Assembly: GCF_036321535.1 (NCBI RefSeq)
Contig: NC_087437.1
Span: 20,586,001 to 20,650,000, forward strand
Reading direction: 5' to 3'
Length of the DNA: 64,000 nt
Source of the DNA: Camelus dromedarius
Taxonomy: Eukaryota
In this document: piece by piece, positions 49,640 to 64,000 of the stretch
Position numbering within the stretch: the first letter of the stretch is position 1
Layout of the letters: every line of letters begins with the position of its first letter
Program-made: the position numbers and the translations under genes
Notes under the pieces: generated by a model
Told to the model about the DNA's origin: nothing
The model's database searches: none
The model's input: the letters and a program-made list of their open reading frames with translations, nothing else

Positions 49640-52600
49640 CACATACTGTTCTGCATTTATTTACCTTCATCTATCTGTCGCATCTTCCACATCAGTGCAT
49701 TCTTTTCTCCAGCTGCATAGTGTTCCAGAATATGGATTCACCATCGTTTATTTAGCTGGTCTTCAGTTTGGGTTTTCCCCAATATTTTGCTATTACAAAC
49801 CATGATGCTTATGTACGTATGTTGCATATATGTGTATGTGTAGTTTGCACATCTGAGAGTAAACCGGAATAAATACTGAGGAGAATTGCTAGGTCAAAGG
49901 GTCCTAATCTGCCATCCACTGAGGCTACACTATCTTACTTTCAGTTTAATAATGTATGACCTGTCTGCTCCTCCAAGAAGGCATTACCAACTTTCTGATC
50001 TTCCCTAAGCTGGAAGACAAAAACGGTATTTAATTTTAGCTCCAACTTGTTTTTCTTTTATTATGCATTTGGTAGGGCATCTCTTCAAAGAGCCGTTTGT
50101 TTTTCTTTTTGTGTGAGCTGTTCGTTGCATCTTTCCACATTCTATATTTGGGTTGGTCCCTCTTACTCATTTGTAGGAATTTGTCATATATTTGTTTGTG
50201 ATTTGTGTCGCACATATTTCCCCATATTAAAACGACAAAGTCCAATTTCTCTTATGAGTGCTTTTTGCTATACCATTTGGTTATTTCCCATTTTCATTTC
50301 TCATTTTACATATTTGTGTCTTCCTCCACCCCCACTTTAAATGATTCGATTAAATAGCTTATATGTTTTATGTTTTTTTTAAAGTTTGCTCATTGAAGTC
50401 ATGCATTTAAATTTAGTTAATATGTAAAAATGTTAATTATTTAGTTTTTGGTTAAATAATCTGAATAAAGGTCAATGATGACAATTAAAAAAAAAAAGTG
50501 ACTATATTGTAGACAAAAAAAGAATAACGTGCAGTGCATCCAAATGCTAACAGTGTTTATATCTGATTAATGAGATAGAAGGTGACTTGGTGGTTTTATA
50601 CATGTTTTAGATTTCTTTTAACTTTAAACAGTGATTTAATGTTTTTAATTAATCGACTTTAATTTTAAGATTAGTTTTAGATTTATAGAAAAACATGCAG
50701 TACAGAGAGTTCCCACATACACCCAGTTTCTCCTGTTATTAACATCTTCCACTGGTATGGTACATTTATCACAACTAGTGAATCAATGTCGATACAAGGT
50801 TATTAACTAAAGGCCATACTTTATTCAGATTTCCTTACTTCTCACCTAATATCCTTTGTCTGTTCCAGGATCCCATCCAGGATAATGCTACATTTCTTTG
50901 TTGTGTCTCCGTAGGCTCCTCTTGGTTGTGACAGTTTCTCATATTTTCCTTGTCTTTGATGACCTTAACAATTTTGAGCAGTACTGGTCAGGTATTTTGT
51001 TAGATACTCCTCAGTTGGAATCTGTTCTCTGTTTCTCTTAGGATTAGACTGGGATTATGGGCTTGGGGGAGGAAGATCATAGAGGTAGAGTGTTATTTCA
51101 TTACCCCATAACAAGGATAGATACTACCAACATAATAGATTAATATAATAAATGAAACTAGTAATATATATTTTATATATAATATAGCATCATGTGTGAC
51201 ATAAATGGCACATTAAATGATTGAATTAAATGGTTTATGTGTTTTAGTTTTCGTGGTTGTTTTATTTCCCCAAAGAACCAGCTCTCGGATTTTTTGATTA
51301 GTTCTTTTATTTTTCTATTTTATTATGCTTGATTTATATATTTTCATTCCTTCTTATTTACTAATATAAGTACACCAAGGATGATTTCCTCTGAGCACAA
51401 ATTAATGGAATCCCAAGGTTCTAATACATGGAATTTTTTTTTGTTATTTGTATTTTCTAGTTGTTCTACAATTTCTACATAGGTCTCTTTTTTGATCTGA
51501 GTTGTTTAAAAGAGAGTTTTTAAAAATGTCCAAGTGATAGGATTTTTGTGATCCATAATTTTGTGATTAATTTCTAGTTTTTCTTCTCTGTTACCAGATT
51601 CTGTAATATTGCTGCTTTTTTTGGTGAGGTTTTATTTGTGGCTTAATATATGGAAAACATATACATCAATTAAATCTGATTTATTAATTATGCAGTTTTC
51701 ATTTTTCTGTCTTTACTTAATTTGGTCCATTGATCTGTCATGAGCTACAAGAGGTAAATTAAAATCACCTGCCTCTACTGTAGCTCTGTCTGACCTTCCT
51801 TGTATTTCCTACAGCTTTTGGTTTGAATTTTGGTGCTGTTATTTGATGTGTTTGATCTTCAGTTGTGGATTATACTCTTTACTGTTATAAAGTCTTCTTT
51901 GTCTCACTTAAGATTGTTTGCCCTAAATTCAACTTTACTTGCCTAATACCATGGGTACAGTGCTTCCTTGGTTTGAGGTAGCACTTACTTGGTATATATT
52001 TGCCTTTCCTATTTTTTCAACATTGTTGAATTACTTTGCTTTGGGGATGTCTCAAATGTAGCATACGGTTGGGGGGGTTTGTTCCCCAGGCTTAGAATCT
52101 TTCCTTTCTAGTTTACTATGGCCATTCATTGACATAGCTAGTATTTTGGTCTTAGTTTTACTGTCACATATTAAGTCTTTGTGGTTTTGCTTCTATGGCT
52201 TCTTAAAGCAAAATTGTTCCGTGTGTGGTCTGTTTTATTTTGTGTTGTGTTCTCTCTGACAATTTGGAAGGTTTGTACTTTATTTTGAGTTCTTCTGGAG
52301 GTTGCCTTTGTAACTTCACATAGTAAAGTGTATTTAATCTTTCTGTTTTTTCAGGCTTACTAGTTGTCTCCCTTCTGACGTAAGTGATCACAAAATTAAT
52401 TTACAAACTGGGTCACAATTTTTATCTGTTTTGTGACAGCTTTTTTTCTGGTGAGTTTTCTTGCTTTGCCAGATTTTTTTCCCTTTCCTTTCCTCCTTTA
52501 TTTCTTGTCCAGCATCTTTGACTATATCATGTGCTGGTTCTACTTTGGAAGAGGCAAGCCTTCCCGGATCAGCATTTTGCAGGGGATGCGTGTAGAGGAG

Positions 52601-53200
52601 GTGCCAGGAAGTATGGAGCCAGGAAGTAGGAGAGCAGGATAGCTCCCTGATTCACGGTTACTTTGTTCACAGGACTGTGGCAGTGGTTTCTTGTAGCTCC
52701 CACCTTGTCAGTCAGCAGAGATCTGCAGCAACAGGCTTGCCCCAGTTCAGCCCTCCTCCCATGCTGCCTCACCTGCACACTGCTTCCTGTGAAGATGGCG
52801 GACCTGCAGTTTTCTCTGTTAGCCCTGCCCTCCCCTGTCTTCACAGAGTCAGAGGCAGCAGGTCCCAGTGCTAGACCTGTTCTCATTGTTCCTGATTAGG
52901 ATCCGTTGTTGTTGCTTTCTCCTTCAGGGAATGCCAGTTACTGCCTGGCTCTGCTATCTCTTTCTGAGCTTTGCAGCCACAGGTGTCTTCTGTAGGTGTT
53001 TTCTCACACCTCGCTTGATGTTCACTGCTTTTGGCAGTCGTCTGCCATTTTTTTTGGCAGCCTTTCCTTATAAGTTGTGGTTTGGATTACGAATGTGTTA
53101 CAGTTTTGCTGAAGATAGGATTTGCATTCCTGTTTCTCTTTTCTCGTTTATTTTGGGTGATTTTGGATAGGGAAAGGAGTAACTATTCTGGTATCTTAGA
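49640..53200 (-). mobile_element. Cluster of ancient L1 fragments in intron 1, including an L1MC/MD-like 3' end at ~50645-51130
   Basis: T-rich strand; gtacagagagttcccacatacacccagtttctcctgttattaacatc...gttccaggatcccatccaggata; ccaaagaaccagct. Confidence 0.6.
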
Positions 53201-53844
53201 ACTGTCTAGTGTTGCAAATTTTTGTGTGTTCTGGTATTCCCTTAGATTAAACATTATCCAGAGCCCTCTGGATAGGGTCGGCATGAGCTGAACCGGGGGT
53301 CTGACAATAGAAAGAAAAGAAAAGAAAAGGGGAGTTGAGAATAAAATCAGAGGGTTAAAAAAAGCAATGCACAATATAGCTGCCTGCACTATATGGCACT
53401 TTGGCTGGGAGTTAGGGTGGGAGGTCATGGCCAGGCAGAGCAGGGCATGAAAAACACCTGTCTCCTGGTCTGTCTCAGGGGAAGCTATTCAGAGCAGGGA
53501 GGGGAGGCGACATGCCTCTGCTCTGGATGGGCTGCAGGCCTCAGCTCTCCATCTCTCCCCACACCCGGGGCCCATCCAAACAGCCCAAGCACCCTGAGTT
53601 CTGGCTGGCCTTTTAGTGATAGTGGCCAAGTCCTCCTTCCTGAAAACCAGGATCTTGTCTCAGAGGAGGTCGTCCAGGGTCAGTGCTATTAATGGTGTTT
53701 ATATGCCCAAAGAAAGACCTTGCCCATCCAAAGGGAAGTGGGTACATGCAGGATGCCCAGAAGATAGAACCAGAGGAAAGCCTGCCCGCAGAGTCTCAGG
53801 CTTGGCCCTTGATACTATCTCTCAGATTCCTACACCACTGGGAG

Positions 53845-53975
53845 GGAGCATTTTATCCCCATTTTACAGATGAGGAAACTGGAATCTTAGAGAGGCTAAG
53901 AGACTTTCCTATGGACGCAAAGCTAAGCGATGGAGAGAGGGATTGGGACCTAGTTCTCTCTGACTCCAGAGCCTG
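53845..53975 (-). mobile_element. MIR SINE
   Basis: tatccccattttacagatgaggaaactgg. Confidence 0.75.
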
Positions 53976-54334
53976 GACACCAACTCCCTTATCACCCGCC
54001 TCCAGTTCACCTTCCCATGAAGACCCCACCCCATCCTCAGATGGTTGCCTTGAGTGGCCTTGGTGGATCCTTGCTCTGTGTCTGGCTTCTCAAGCTTGGA
54101 TGCACTTTAGATGATATTTAAGCTCCCCAGGGCAGCCAGGGATGGGAAACACCCTATATGTCTTCAGCCCCGTGTCAAGGGCACTATGTCCCCCCAACCT
54201 TGGCAAAGGGCTTGCGCCTTTCTTGGGACCAAATGCACTGGGGTTCTCCAGGTTCTGTGATCTTGAGCAAGTCACCATTTCTCTGGGCTCAGTCCTTATT
54301 GCTAAAATAAAATTGCCTGTGATTGCTCTAAGAG

Positions 54335-54570
54335 CCGAACACAGACTCTGAAGCCAGATGGCCTCAGTGTAAATCTTGGCTCAGCTCCTTATTAACTGTG
54401 GGACTTTGGTTAATTACCTATCTCCTCTCTGCTCTTTATTTTCCTCATCTATAAAATGGGATTAATAATGAATGTCTTATAGTGAGGTCTCGTGAGGATT
54501 AAATGAGCTTATAAATGTAAACTGTTTAGAACAGTGCCTGGCATACGGCAAGTACTAGATATGTGCTAGA
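54335..54570 (+). mobile_element. MIR SINE
   Basis: tttcctcatctataaaatgggattaataat...gtgaggattaaatgag...ttagaacagtgcctggcata. Confidence 0.85.
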
Positions 54571-54678
54571 TATCATTCTACTCATTAATTATTATTATTA
54601 ATGAATGCCAAGGGCCCAGCCAAGGCTAAGTGCTTGTCGAGGCTGCTGTTATAACCCGTGTCCTTTGCTTCCTTCCAG

Positions 54679-55890
<1,212 letters not shown>

Positions 55891-56149
55891 TTGGGTATTG
55901 ATGCTAATTGTGAACCTTTCAGTCTGTGCAAGGGTTGTGCAAAATGATGTCTCCTGTGTGCTGGGCTTCAAGTTCACCGCAGGAGGAGAGTGACAAGTAA
56001 GAAGACACAGTCCCTGCACTTGAGTTACTGATAAATAATAAGCAATGATGTTAACAACTAGCATTTATTGAACACCTACTGTATGAAGGGGCTGAACACT
56101 GAAATTTAGGCCTTCCTGGTGAGCTGTCTATTGAAGGGGGCATCTAGCT

Positions 56150-56340
56150 GATTATTGCCTCATGGAAATGAGAGCCACAAGTTGCGGAATCTGATTTCTT
56201 TCAGGAGGTCCCAGAAATCTATATTTTTGTATGAACTATTCCAATTTTTAAAGTTGGCAGCTGTTAAAGACACTGTGTGGGCAAACAAAACACCCCTGCA
56301 AGTTGCAGTTAAGGCCACAGGCTGCTGGGTTTGACTCCTG
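56150..56340 (+). mobile_element. MER103C-like hAT-Charlie relic
   Basis: ccagaaatctatatttttgtatgaactattccaatttttaaagttggca...acactgtgtgggcaaacaaaacac. Confidence 0.65.
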
Positions 56341-58929
56341 ACAACTGTAAGTCCTCTTCTCATTTAATATATATAATCAGCCTGTGAGATAGCTTAAAAA
56401 TCATAGTCACAAAAATGGTTATTGGTTTTAGGAGGGAGTCACTCAGGGAGGCAGGGTGGCCTGACAGCGGTGCATGTGGTTGCCTGTCCTATGTTGAATC
56501 CCAGCTGAGCAGGGCCTGGAGTTGGGCACTTATGGCCTTGCACACACGTCATCCAGACTTCCTGCCATGCTCCTGATGAAGCTCCCAGAGGTGGCGCTTA
56601 CAGCCAGAATTCCAGCTTATTCATTTTAAATAAGAGATATAGTTGCCCCCCTTCACAGAAGAGACACCTGAAGAGCAGAGCTACAAAGAACCAGATCCCA
56701 GGCCTTCCCAGGTCTTTCAGCCACCAAAGCCCACTCTTCCCATGCTCAGCCCTTTAGCTGAGGGACTGAGAATGACACTCCAGAAAAGAGGTCAGGAACA
56801 AGATTTTACTCAAGTAAAATTGACCTTGACTTGATCTAGGATGGGTTGACCATTTTCAAGGGTGACAGGCCCACCAGAGAGTGCCTGGTATGCTCCGCTC
56901 TGTGGTATAAATGGTGGCATTCTTGCTCATATGTGATTGCCATGGTTGTTGGACTAAGATGGCAAAACGTTGTTCTGTTTTCTCTGATTAACTAGTTAAA
57001 TAAAGAGAAAATGAGTGTGTCCTGAGACAGGCTAGTTTGGTCACTCCAGTGGAGAATGGCCTTGTGGAGAATGTTGGGGACCCTTATAGACATGGTGAAC
57101 AGGCAAACCCCAGTGCTGAGAAATCCAACAGCAACAATAAGCACTCTTTTAAAATGGAATTGGAAAATCTACTTGCCAGAATTGATCACTTCAGTGATCT
57201 GGGGTCTAATGTGCCTCATTTCCCACTGCATCCCCAATCCTCAGTGGTTTTTTTTTTTTTTTTTTTTTGTCTTTGGTGAATCACTCTAACACCTTAGGAC
57301 TTGTTTTACTCACCTGTAAAATGGGGCAGTGTTGGGTCCCTTTCATTGCTGTGAGATCTTGTGTGGTGGCACCAATAATATGGTAGCTGGGATAAAGGCT
57401 GACAGTGATGCCCAGTGGAACTACCTGAGCCAATAGTTAGGTCCCCAAGGTGGGCTTACTCTTGGGTATTGATTCACACTTGGGTATTATCTGTTGCTTG
57501 GTTTCTGGGTACAAGGCTAAGGTGCTAACAAGGTTGCAGCCAGTGGCTCCCCTACACATGTTGGGATCAAGAGAAGTCAAGCCATGGTGTTCTGTTCTGT
57601 GTACTGCTGAGGGTAGAGGCTGGCTGGGAAAGGACAGTCGTGTTGAGAGAACTTTGAGCTCTTGGGCCCTTCAGGTGGCTGGAGAAGCTTGATGAGACAA
57701 ACTTGGAACGTTCCATCCTCCCCTAGTTGGCAGTGATCTTTTCAGTTTGGCCAAAGATAGAATGCCCATCCAGGAGGCAAGGGAGGGCCAGGATGTCATG
57801 TGATGCAAGCCTGTGGCATCTCCCATTGGTGACTGGATCAGCTTGAGTGCTGTGGTGCTGGCCCCTTCTCCAGATAGGAGTAGCGTTCTCTATCTTGGAC
57901 AGGGTGTGATTGCAGAAAGGGCTTTTCTGGGCTTTGAAAGGCCTATGGTCAGCGGTACAAGTTCTGACTACAGAGTGGGCCAAAAGACAGGCTGCAGTGG
58001 AGTCTGACCTGAGCTGGTTAGGAAGGGACTGGGTGATGCCTGATGCCTGTAGCTGGTGATCTGGGCTGAAGTCCAGTGGATCCTTGGACACCAGGAAGAG
58101 TTTGGCCCTACGGAGTCCCTGCGCAGGGAGAGTGACCCAAGGTGGAGTTCTGTGCACGAGAAGAATTCTGAGCCAACATTGGTTGTGGACATGAAGGCAG
58201 GTTCCCACATTCATCCCCCATCCCTAGGGGCATAGGGAACCAAGATTACATACAGACAGACCCTGTAGCAGAAAGGTGGGGCCACTCTCTGGGGTTGCTT
58301 CCCCGCGAGATCCTGGGGGAGAGAACAGACAGGTAGAGTCTGGCCCCTGTACTCACCAGGAGGCCACGGACAATGATTACCTCCTCTCTCTGGATCTCAG
58401 TATTCTCCTCTGTAAAACGGGCATGATAAAGCTCGCCAGCACAGAGCAGACCCACACACAGTAACTGGTGCTCACTGCTTTGATTAACTTGGGGAGCTTG
58501 GCCAGGTCCTGGGATTCACCCATGGATCAAAACAAGAGTGGCCTGAAGCTTCTCCTCAAATATGAAGGAAAGAAGTTAATGGATATCACTTTCTCAATAT
58601 TTGAATTTTTCTGACTATAAAAGCAAGACTTAGAAAGGGCTAGCTGCATTTAACTCTGAAGCATGTTTTTGTGAAGGAAAAGAGCTTCTGGAAGTGCATT
58701 TTCCTACTATAATTGCGTTCTTCAGCTACACCATGGAGTGAGAGAGCGTAACCTCTCTGGGGCTTTGCTGTAAAGAGCTGTAGGCCACCCAGGGGCTCTG
58801 CCATCTGAGTGAGCTGAGAAGCTCAGCACCGAGGCCGGGCAAACAGGCAGGCTGGCTCCGATGGCGGGGTCCGGGGTCCGGGATCCGGGGCCCAAATCAT
58901 AACAACAGTAACACCACCACCAGTACGTA

Positions 58930-59145
58930 ACACTAACCTTGTGCTTTGTCTGTGCTGGGTTCAATTCTGAGCACTTCACAAATTTTAGTTCATTTAATCC
59001 TTGTAAAAACTCTCTGACTAACACCTATGTTATCTTCATTTTCCAATGAAGAAATTGAAGCACAGAGAGCTCATGAGAAAGTTGTTCAAGGTCACACAGC
59101 TAGTAACTGGAGGAACAGGGATCCAAACTGAGGCAGACTGGCCTA
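58930..59145 (-). mobile_element. MIR SINE
   Basis: tcatttaatcctt...atgaagaaattgaagcacagaga...caaggtcacacagctagtaa. Confidence 0.8.
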
Positions 59146-61954
59146 GTGGGCCCCCTGTGGAGATGTTTACTGCCGAGGTAGAAAGAGAAGGAACAGGAGA
59201 GGCTGCTCCACCCGGCTGGGTGGCCACTCAGCAAAGGACTGGACCCTCGACTTCGACGGTGAGTTTGAGGGAAGCCGAGATGCTATCCCTCCCACCGGCT
59301 TCACCTCCAGCCCTCAGAGCTGTTGGCTAAGCACAGAACTCCGTGGGGTGTTTTGAAAAGCTAGTTGCATAAAGACAGTCCCAGCGGTGGCCGTGAATCA
59401 GGCATGCTTTGTTCACTAACGACAGAATGTCACTGAAAATGTCCCAACTGCTGGGAGGGTCGCCCCTGGAGTGGGCCAGGGCTTTGGAATCTGCTCTGGG
59501 CTGGTTTCCGGAATTACTCCCCAGTCCCCAGCTCCTCCTTCCACATGCGGGCATCCAGGAGGGCTGACAGAATGGCTTTGTCTTCTGTCTTGGAGTTCTT
59601 GGGTGGTCAGTAGTACAAGAGTGACACAGGAAGGGGAGCAGCCTTGATTTGGGGGTCATAATAATTAGGTGGGTTTTTTGGGGGGGTGGTACCACCCATA
59701 TTCTATGCCCTGGGCCAAATGTTTTACTCATTTTGTATTTTTTAGTCCACACAGTAAACCTCGAGGCAATGTTATCAATATTATCCCCATCTCATAGATG
59801 AGGAAACAGTCTTGGAGAGGTAAAGGAGCTGCACAGCTAGCCGCTGGCAGAGCTGTGCTTAAACCCAGGTCATGACCACGCCTGTGCCCTGCCTCCTGCT
59901 GCCTGGGTCAGCCCTGCCTCCATTCTGCCCACTGATTCCAAGGAGCAGGTGTTGGAGCCCAGGGTTGACTTTCTAAGGGGTGAGGAGGGGGAACCCTAGG
60001 ATCTCGGGCTTACCAGTCAGGGAGGGCTTGTCCACCTGATTCAAGCCAGGGAAACTAGTTCCAGACCTCATTCCTAGATGGTTTAATTGATCTGCCAACA
60101 AGTATTTATTGGCGCAACAGCTCAGCAGAGGAGGCTGGCGGCCAGCCAAGGCTTCTGGTATTGATGAAGGCCAGAGAGAGTTTTCTACCAGGATGACTGC
60201 AAGGACATCGTCCCCTTGCCAGAGCTGTGCACACCGCACTCATGACCTTCCTGCTCAGCTCCCGTGTGTCCCCCGGGTGGCACGACCTCCCAGCCTCCCT
60301 GACACCTGGCCTTGGCTCCTCTTCCCCGCTGACCCAGGTCTAGACCTGGTCTCCCTTTCGCCCTGTCTTTCTGCCCCGACTCCAGCTTACCCCAGCCCTC
60401 AGCCCAGGGCTCTGTCCCCTGCACTGCACAACTCAGTGCTCAGTCCTCCCCGCATTCGCCCCAGTTGCTCACCTTCCCCATGTGTATGCTTTCCTTCCCC
60501 AGGTGGATATGAGGTGCCTCAGGGCACTGATGGTCATCCAGGGGGCATGTATGTGTGGGGAAGTGGGCAGACTAGGGACTTAAAAATATGTATGTATTTA
60601 CTTCTGAAAGGTAAATGGTGCACATGGCAACAAATTTAACCACCACAAGAGCATGTCTGGTGAAATAGCCCCACCCCGTAGCTCCCCAGCATCTCTTCTT
60701 GCTGGCAGCTGCCATTATCAGTCTCTCTTCCCCCTTAATAGATCTTGGTGATTGTTTAGCTTGATTAATGTAGAGCTGCCTCATTCCCTATTAACAGCTG
60801 TGTGGGTTTCCATGGTATGGCTGTATCGTAATTTGATCACTCAGACTTTAATTTTTGGACAGTTAGGTAGTTTCCAATCTTTGAGAATAAACTTCCGATC
60901 CTGATTTGAATTTTATTTCTGCCCCCTTCTGGCTAATTGACATCCTCAAGCCTTAGTTTTCCCATCTGTGCAGTGGGATTATATGTACCTCGCAGAGTTG
61001 CTGTGAGTATTAAGGTAGATGCAGAAGTGCCACACGGTCCAGCCTGCGGCTCACGGCAGGTGCATGGCGGAGGGGAGCTGCCGATATTACTGTGCTTGTC
61101 CTGTACTAATGACTGTGTGGTGCCCAGGGCTGAGCTCATCTTGGGCACCTGAGCAGTGCTTGTGAATGATTTGATTTCTGATTTAAAATACACATTAATT
61201 TGCTATTGAGAAGTCGTCAAACTCATCGTTGGACTACGATCATTTGAGTTGTATAGTTCAGTCAGTCCTTACATGGGGTGTTGTGTCAGCACGGCGAGAC
61301 CCCTGGGCCCCTTAGTTGCACAGAGCAGGTGCATTAAGAGTGTACTTTGCCGTCTTGTTACTGCTGGTGGGGACTGTACCTTAGCCTTCTCAGCCACCCT
61401 CCTAGCGGAGTACATAGTAGGTGCTCAGTAAGTGCATGTTAATGTGCGACCTGCCACCACCTCCTCAGCTTTGATTTTCTCCACTGCAGCGGGACTGGGG
61501 TCACAGTTGGCTGGAACAGGTGGGGCTGGCTCTGAGCACCCCCGCCTTGAAGCCTGACCCCAGAGTGACCCATTTCCTCCCCTCATTATGTGCTGCGCAC
61601 AGCACATATGTCCCTACACCCAGGCTGAGTGGAGGCTGCATGATGGCCCAGCCATCCAATTCAGATCTCTGCACTCAGAAACTGGCCCTACCCTTTGTTT
61701 TCCACAAAAAGGAACAGACTTTCAGTTGAAAAAGAGTTTTGGCCAGACGCTATGGCCCTATTTTGAGGGGCTTTTTTTTTTTTTTTTTTTCACATTTAGC
61801 ACAGTCACAAGTAGGTTCAATCCAGGAAGTCCTGCTTGCAGAAAGGAGGTTTAAAACGCAGGCCTCTTTGGGACAAGCGTCACCTTGGGCCACTGCGGGG
61901 TTGCTGCCATCTTTCATAGGAGTCTCCCAGCCCAGGACTCTGTCCTGACGTGGC

Positions 61955-62110
61955 CGCTAATTAGCTGTGACCCTGAGCGAGTCTCTTCACCCCTGAGTCT
62001 CAGTTCCCTCATCTGTGACAGTAACTGACATTTACTTTGCCACGAGGCATCAGGATTGTGGACAATAGATAGAAAGTGACTAGGTTAGTGCCTGGCACAC
62101 AGTAGGTACT
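61955..62110 (+). mobile_element. MIR SINE
   Basis: agctgtgaccctgagcgagtc...ctgagtctcagttccctcatctgt...gtgcctggcacacagtaggtact. Confidence 0.75.
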
Positions 62111-63239
62111 AAGAAAGGTAGGTTTCGAAATTGCCGGTTCTGACTATTACAGCTCCCCTAGGTTGGTAAAATGACTTAGCATTGTTAAATGTGGAAATAA
62201 TCATTATTAAGTTTGGGTCTGCCTTGTGAACTCTGCATTCCACACAAGGGAATACATTGGCTTGGGGAGGTTTTTGACTCTTGTCTCTTTGAGATACATG
62301 ATGGAAATGCCACCTGAGATTCAGAGGCCACTGTGTGTTTGTCAAAAATGAGCTGGGAGTGCTCAGCCTTCCCTGTGAGCAGTTTTAAAGGTTTCCAGCT
62401 ACATATCTGGTTCAAACGCTTTGTAGCTCCCAGCGATGACTTGCCAGGTGAGCATGTGTTCAGCAAGGATGTCCAAACAGGTGGTGTCCTCACCAGCTGT
62501 GCCCACGTGTGTGTTCAGCAGGGGTGAGCTGTGAGGTGCTGGGACTGAGGGGCAGCATCTGCCTCTCAGCAGATGGTGACTAGGCCTGGCTGTGGGCTGG
62601 CCGCTGCTGGACCTTGGACAAAAGGGAAGGGGTAAGAGGTGGCCGGGCTCCACCTTTCAGGGAGTGGTGGAGGATAAAGGGAGGCTTGGGGCATCTGGGC
62701 TGGAACGTGCCATTGGCAGCCTGTGCAACACTCACATTTTACAGGTGGGAGCTGAATGGACCAGAGAGCTGGGAGGACTTGCCCAAGGTTATCTGCTAAT
62801 TAGCAGCGGAACCAGAACTAAAACCTGGGCCTCCAATTCCCCCTTGAGAGTGTACCTTGCCAGAAACAAGAGAGTGAGAATTCAGTGCAGTTTATGAGTC
62901 TGTATTGAAAAACCCACCATAGGTGAAGGAGGACATAGTAGTTTTGGAGAATGATGGGTAGGGGTGGAGAGGACCTAGGAGCTTGGGCGGAGTGTAGAAT
63001 AGGTGCTCCCCACCCCCACTTCCACACATAGGAAGACTCTCCTTGGCTTCTCAGTGCCTCCCACATGTCAGAGACCTACCCCTGCTCGGACCACAGAACA
63101 AGGGGGTTCAGCACAGTGAGGACCAGACATGACTGATCTCTCCATTTACTACTGGCTGACCTGAGCACAGGTTCCCTGACTTCTCAGACCTGTGGACTGG
63201 GTATGGTGCTGCTGGGACTCTCCCAACAGACTTGTCAGC

Positions 63240-63400
63240 TGCACATCTCAAACCTTAATGTGCACTCAAGTCAGATGGGGATTTTGTTAAAAGCAGTTTC
63301 TGACTTAGTAGGTCTGGGTAGGGCCCCAGACTGTGCATTTCTGCCAGGCTCCTGGTGATGCTGACGATGCAGCCTGTCGAGGCATCGGGCAGTCAGTTTA
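63240..63400. mobile_element. MER5-like hAT-Charlie MITE
   Basis: tctcaaaccttaatgtgca...ttgttaaaagcagtttctgacttagtaggtctgggtagggcccc...tgcatttct...ggtgatgctga. Confidence 0.7.
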
Positions 63401-64000
63401 GCAGAAGGGTTTCCTGAAACCAGTGTCAACAGCTCCCACTGCCACAGCATGTGAACGCCCTTAAATACAGCACAGCCGTTCTCACTCTGCTAATGGGCAT
63501 TGGTGCCGATGGAGTGGGTGCTGCTGGGAAAGCAGTGAATTGAGGGCAGGGGGCAAAGCCTCCACACACACACAGCACGTCTCCTCCTCCCCACCATCCG
63601 CCCGCCTAACCCCACTGATCCTGCAGCCAAGCTAATCTGCTCATTCCTCCATGCCTCGGTCTGTGCTGACCTCTTTGTTGGAAATGGCCTGCATCCCCGC
63701 CCCTGGCAAGGCCCTGTGTTGCCTGGCCTGGCTCTGCCCACCGCCCCTCCTGCCTGGCTGGTGCGAGGGTGGTCCTGTGCCTCCCCTCAACCCCAACCGC
63801 CCAGCTGTGCCTTCTGCATCCCCGCCCTTTCCTATCCAACCCCACTTCCCTCGTGTTCTCATCTTCCCCAGCCACCGTGGGCCTCAGTTGACATGTCCTG
63901 GAACCCAAGTTCTCAGAGTTGCCAGCGAGGTATACCCAAGTGAATCTGCACCATTATCCATGAATTTCCCCTGAAGGCGACTTTGCTTGAGAAGGGATTA

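Overview
Mammalian genomic DNA, most likely camelid. That call is an inference from two tRNA-Ala-derived Vic-1-like SINEs. About 1-40.7 kb is repeat-rich intergenic sequence (old and young L1, L2, MIR, MLT1/MER31/MER41-like LTRs, hAT relics). About 40.8-43.1 kb is a CpG-island promoter with a likely non-coding first exon. The 5' part of SPSB4 follows on the + strand. Its large coding exon (54679-55525) encodes the N-terminus and SPRY/B30.2 domain, and I did not find the SOCS-box exon in the window. I found no evidence of a new multi-gene system. The most interesting details are: a uORF created by the exon1/exon2 splice junction, a perfect 28-bp tandem duplication near the presumed TSS, a ~155-bp inverted templated insertion, a tailless 5'-half tRNA-Lys retrocopy, a tiny orphan poly(A) retrocopy with target-site duplication, and two CTCF-like motifs (one inside MER20B). 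Repeat family names come from remembered consensus similarity, not a database search, and repeat boundaries are approximate.
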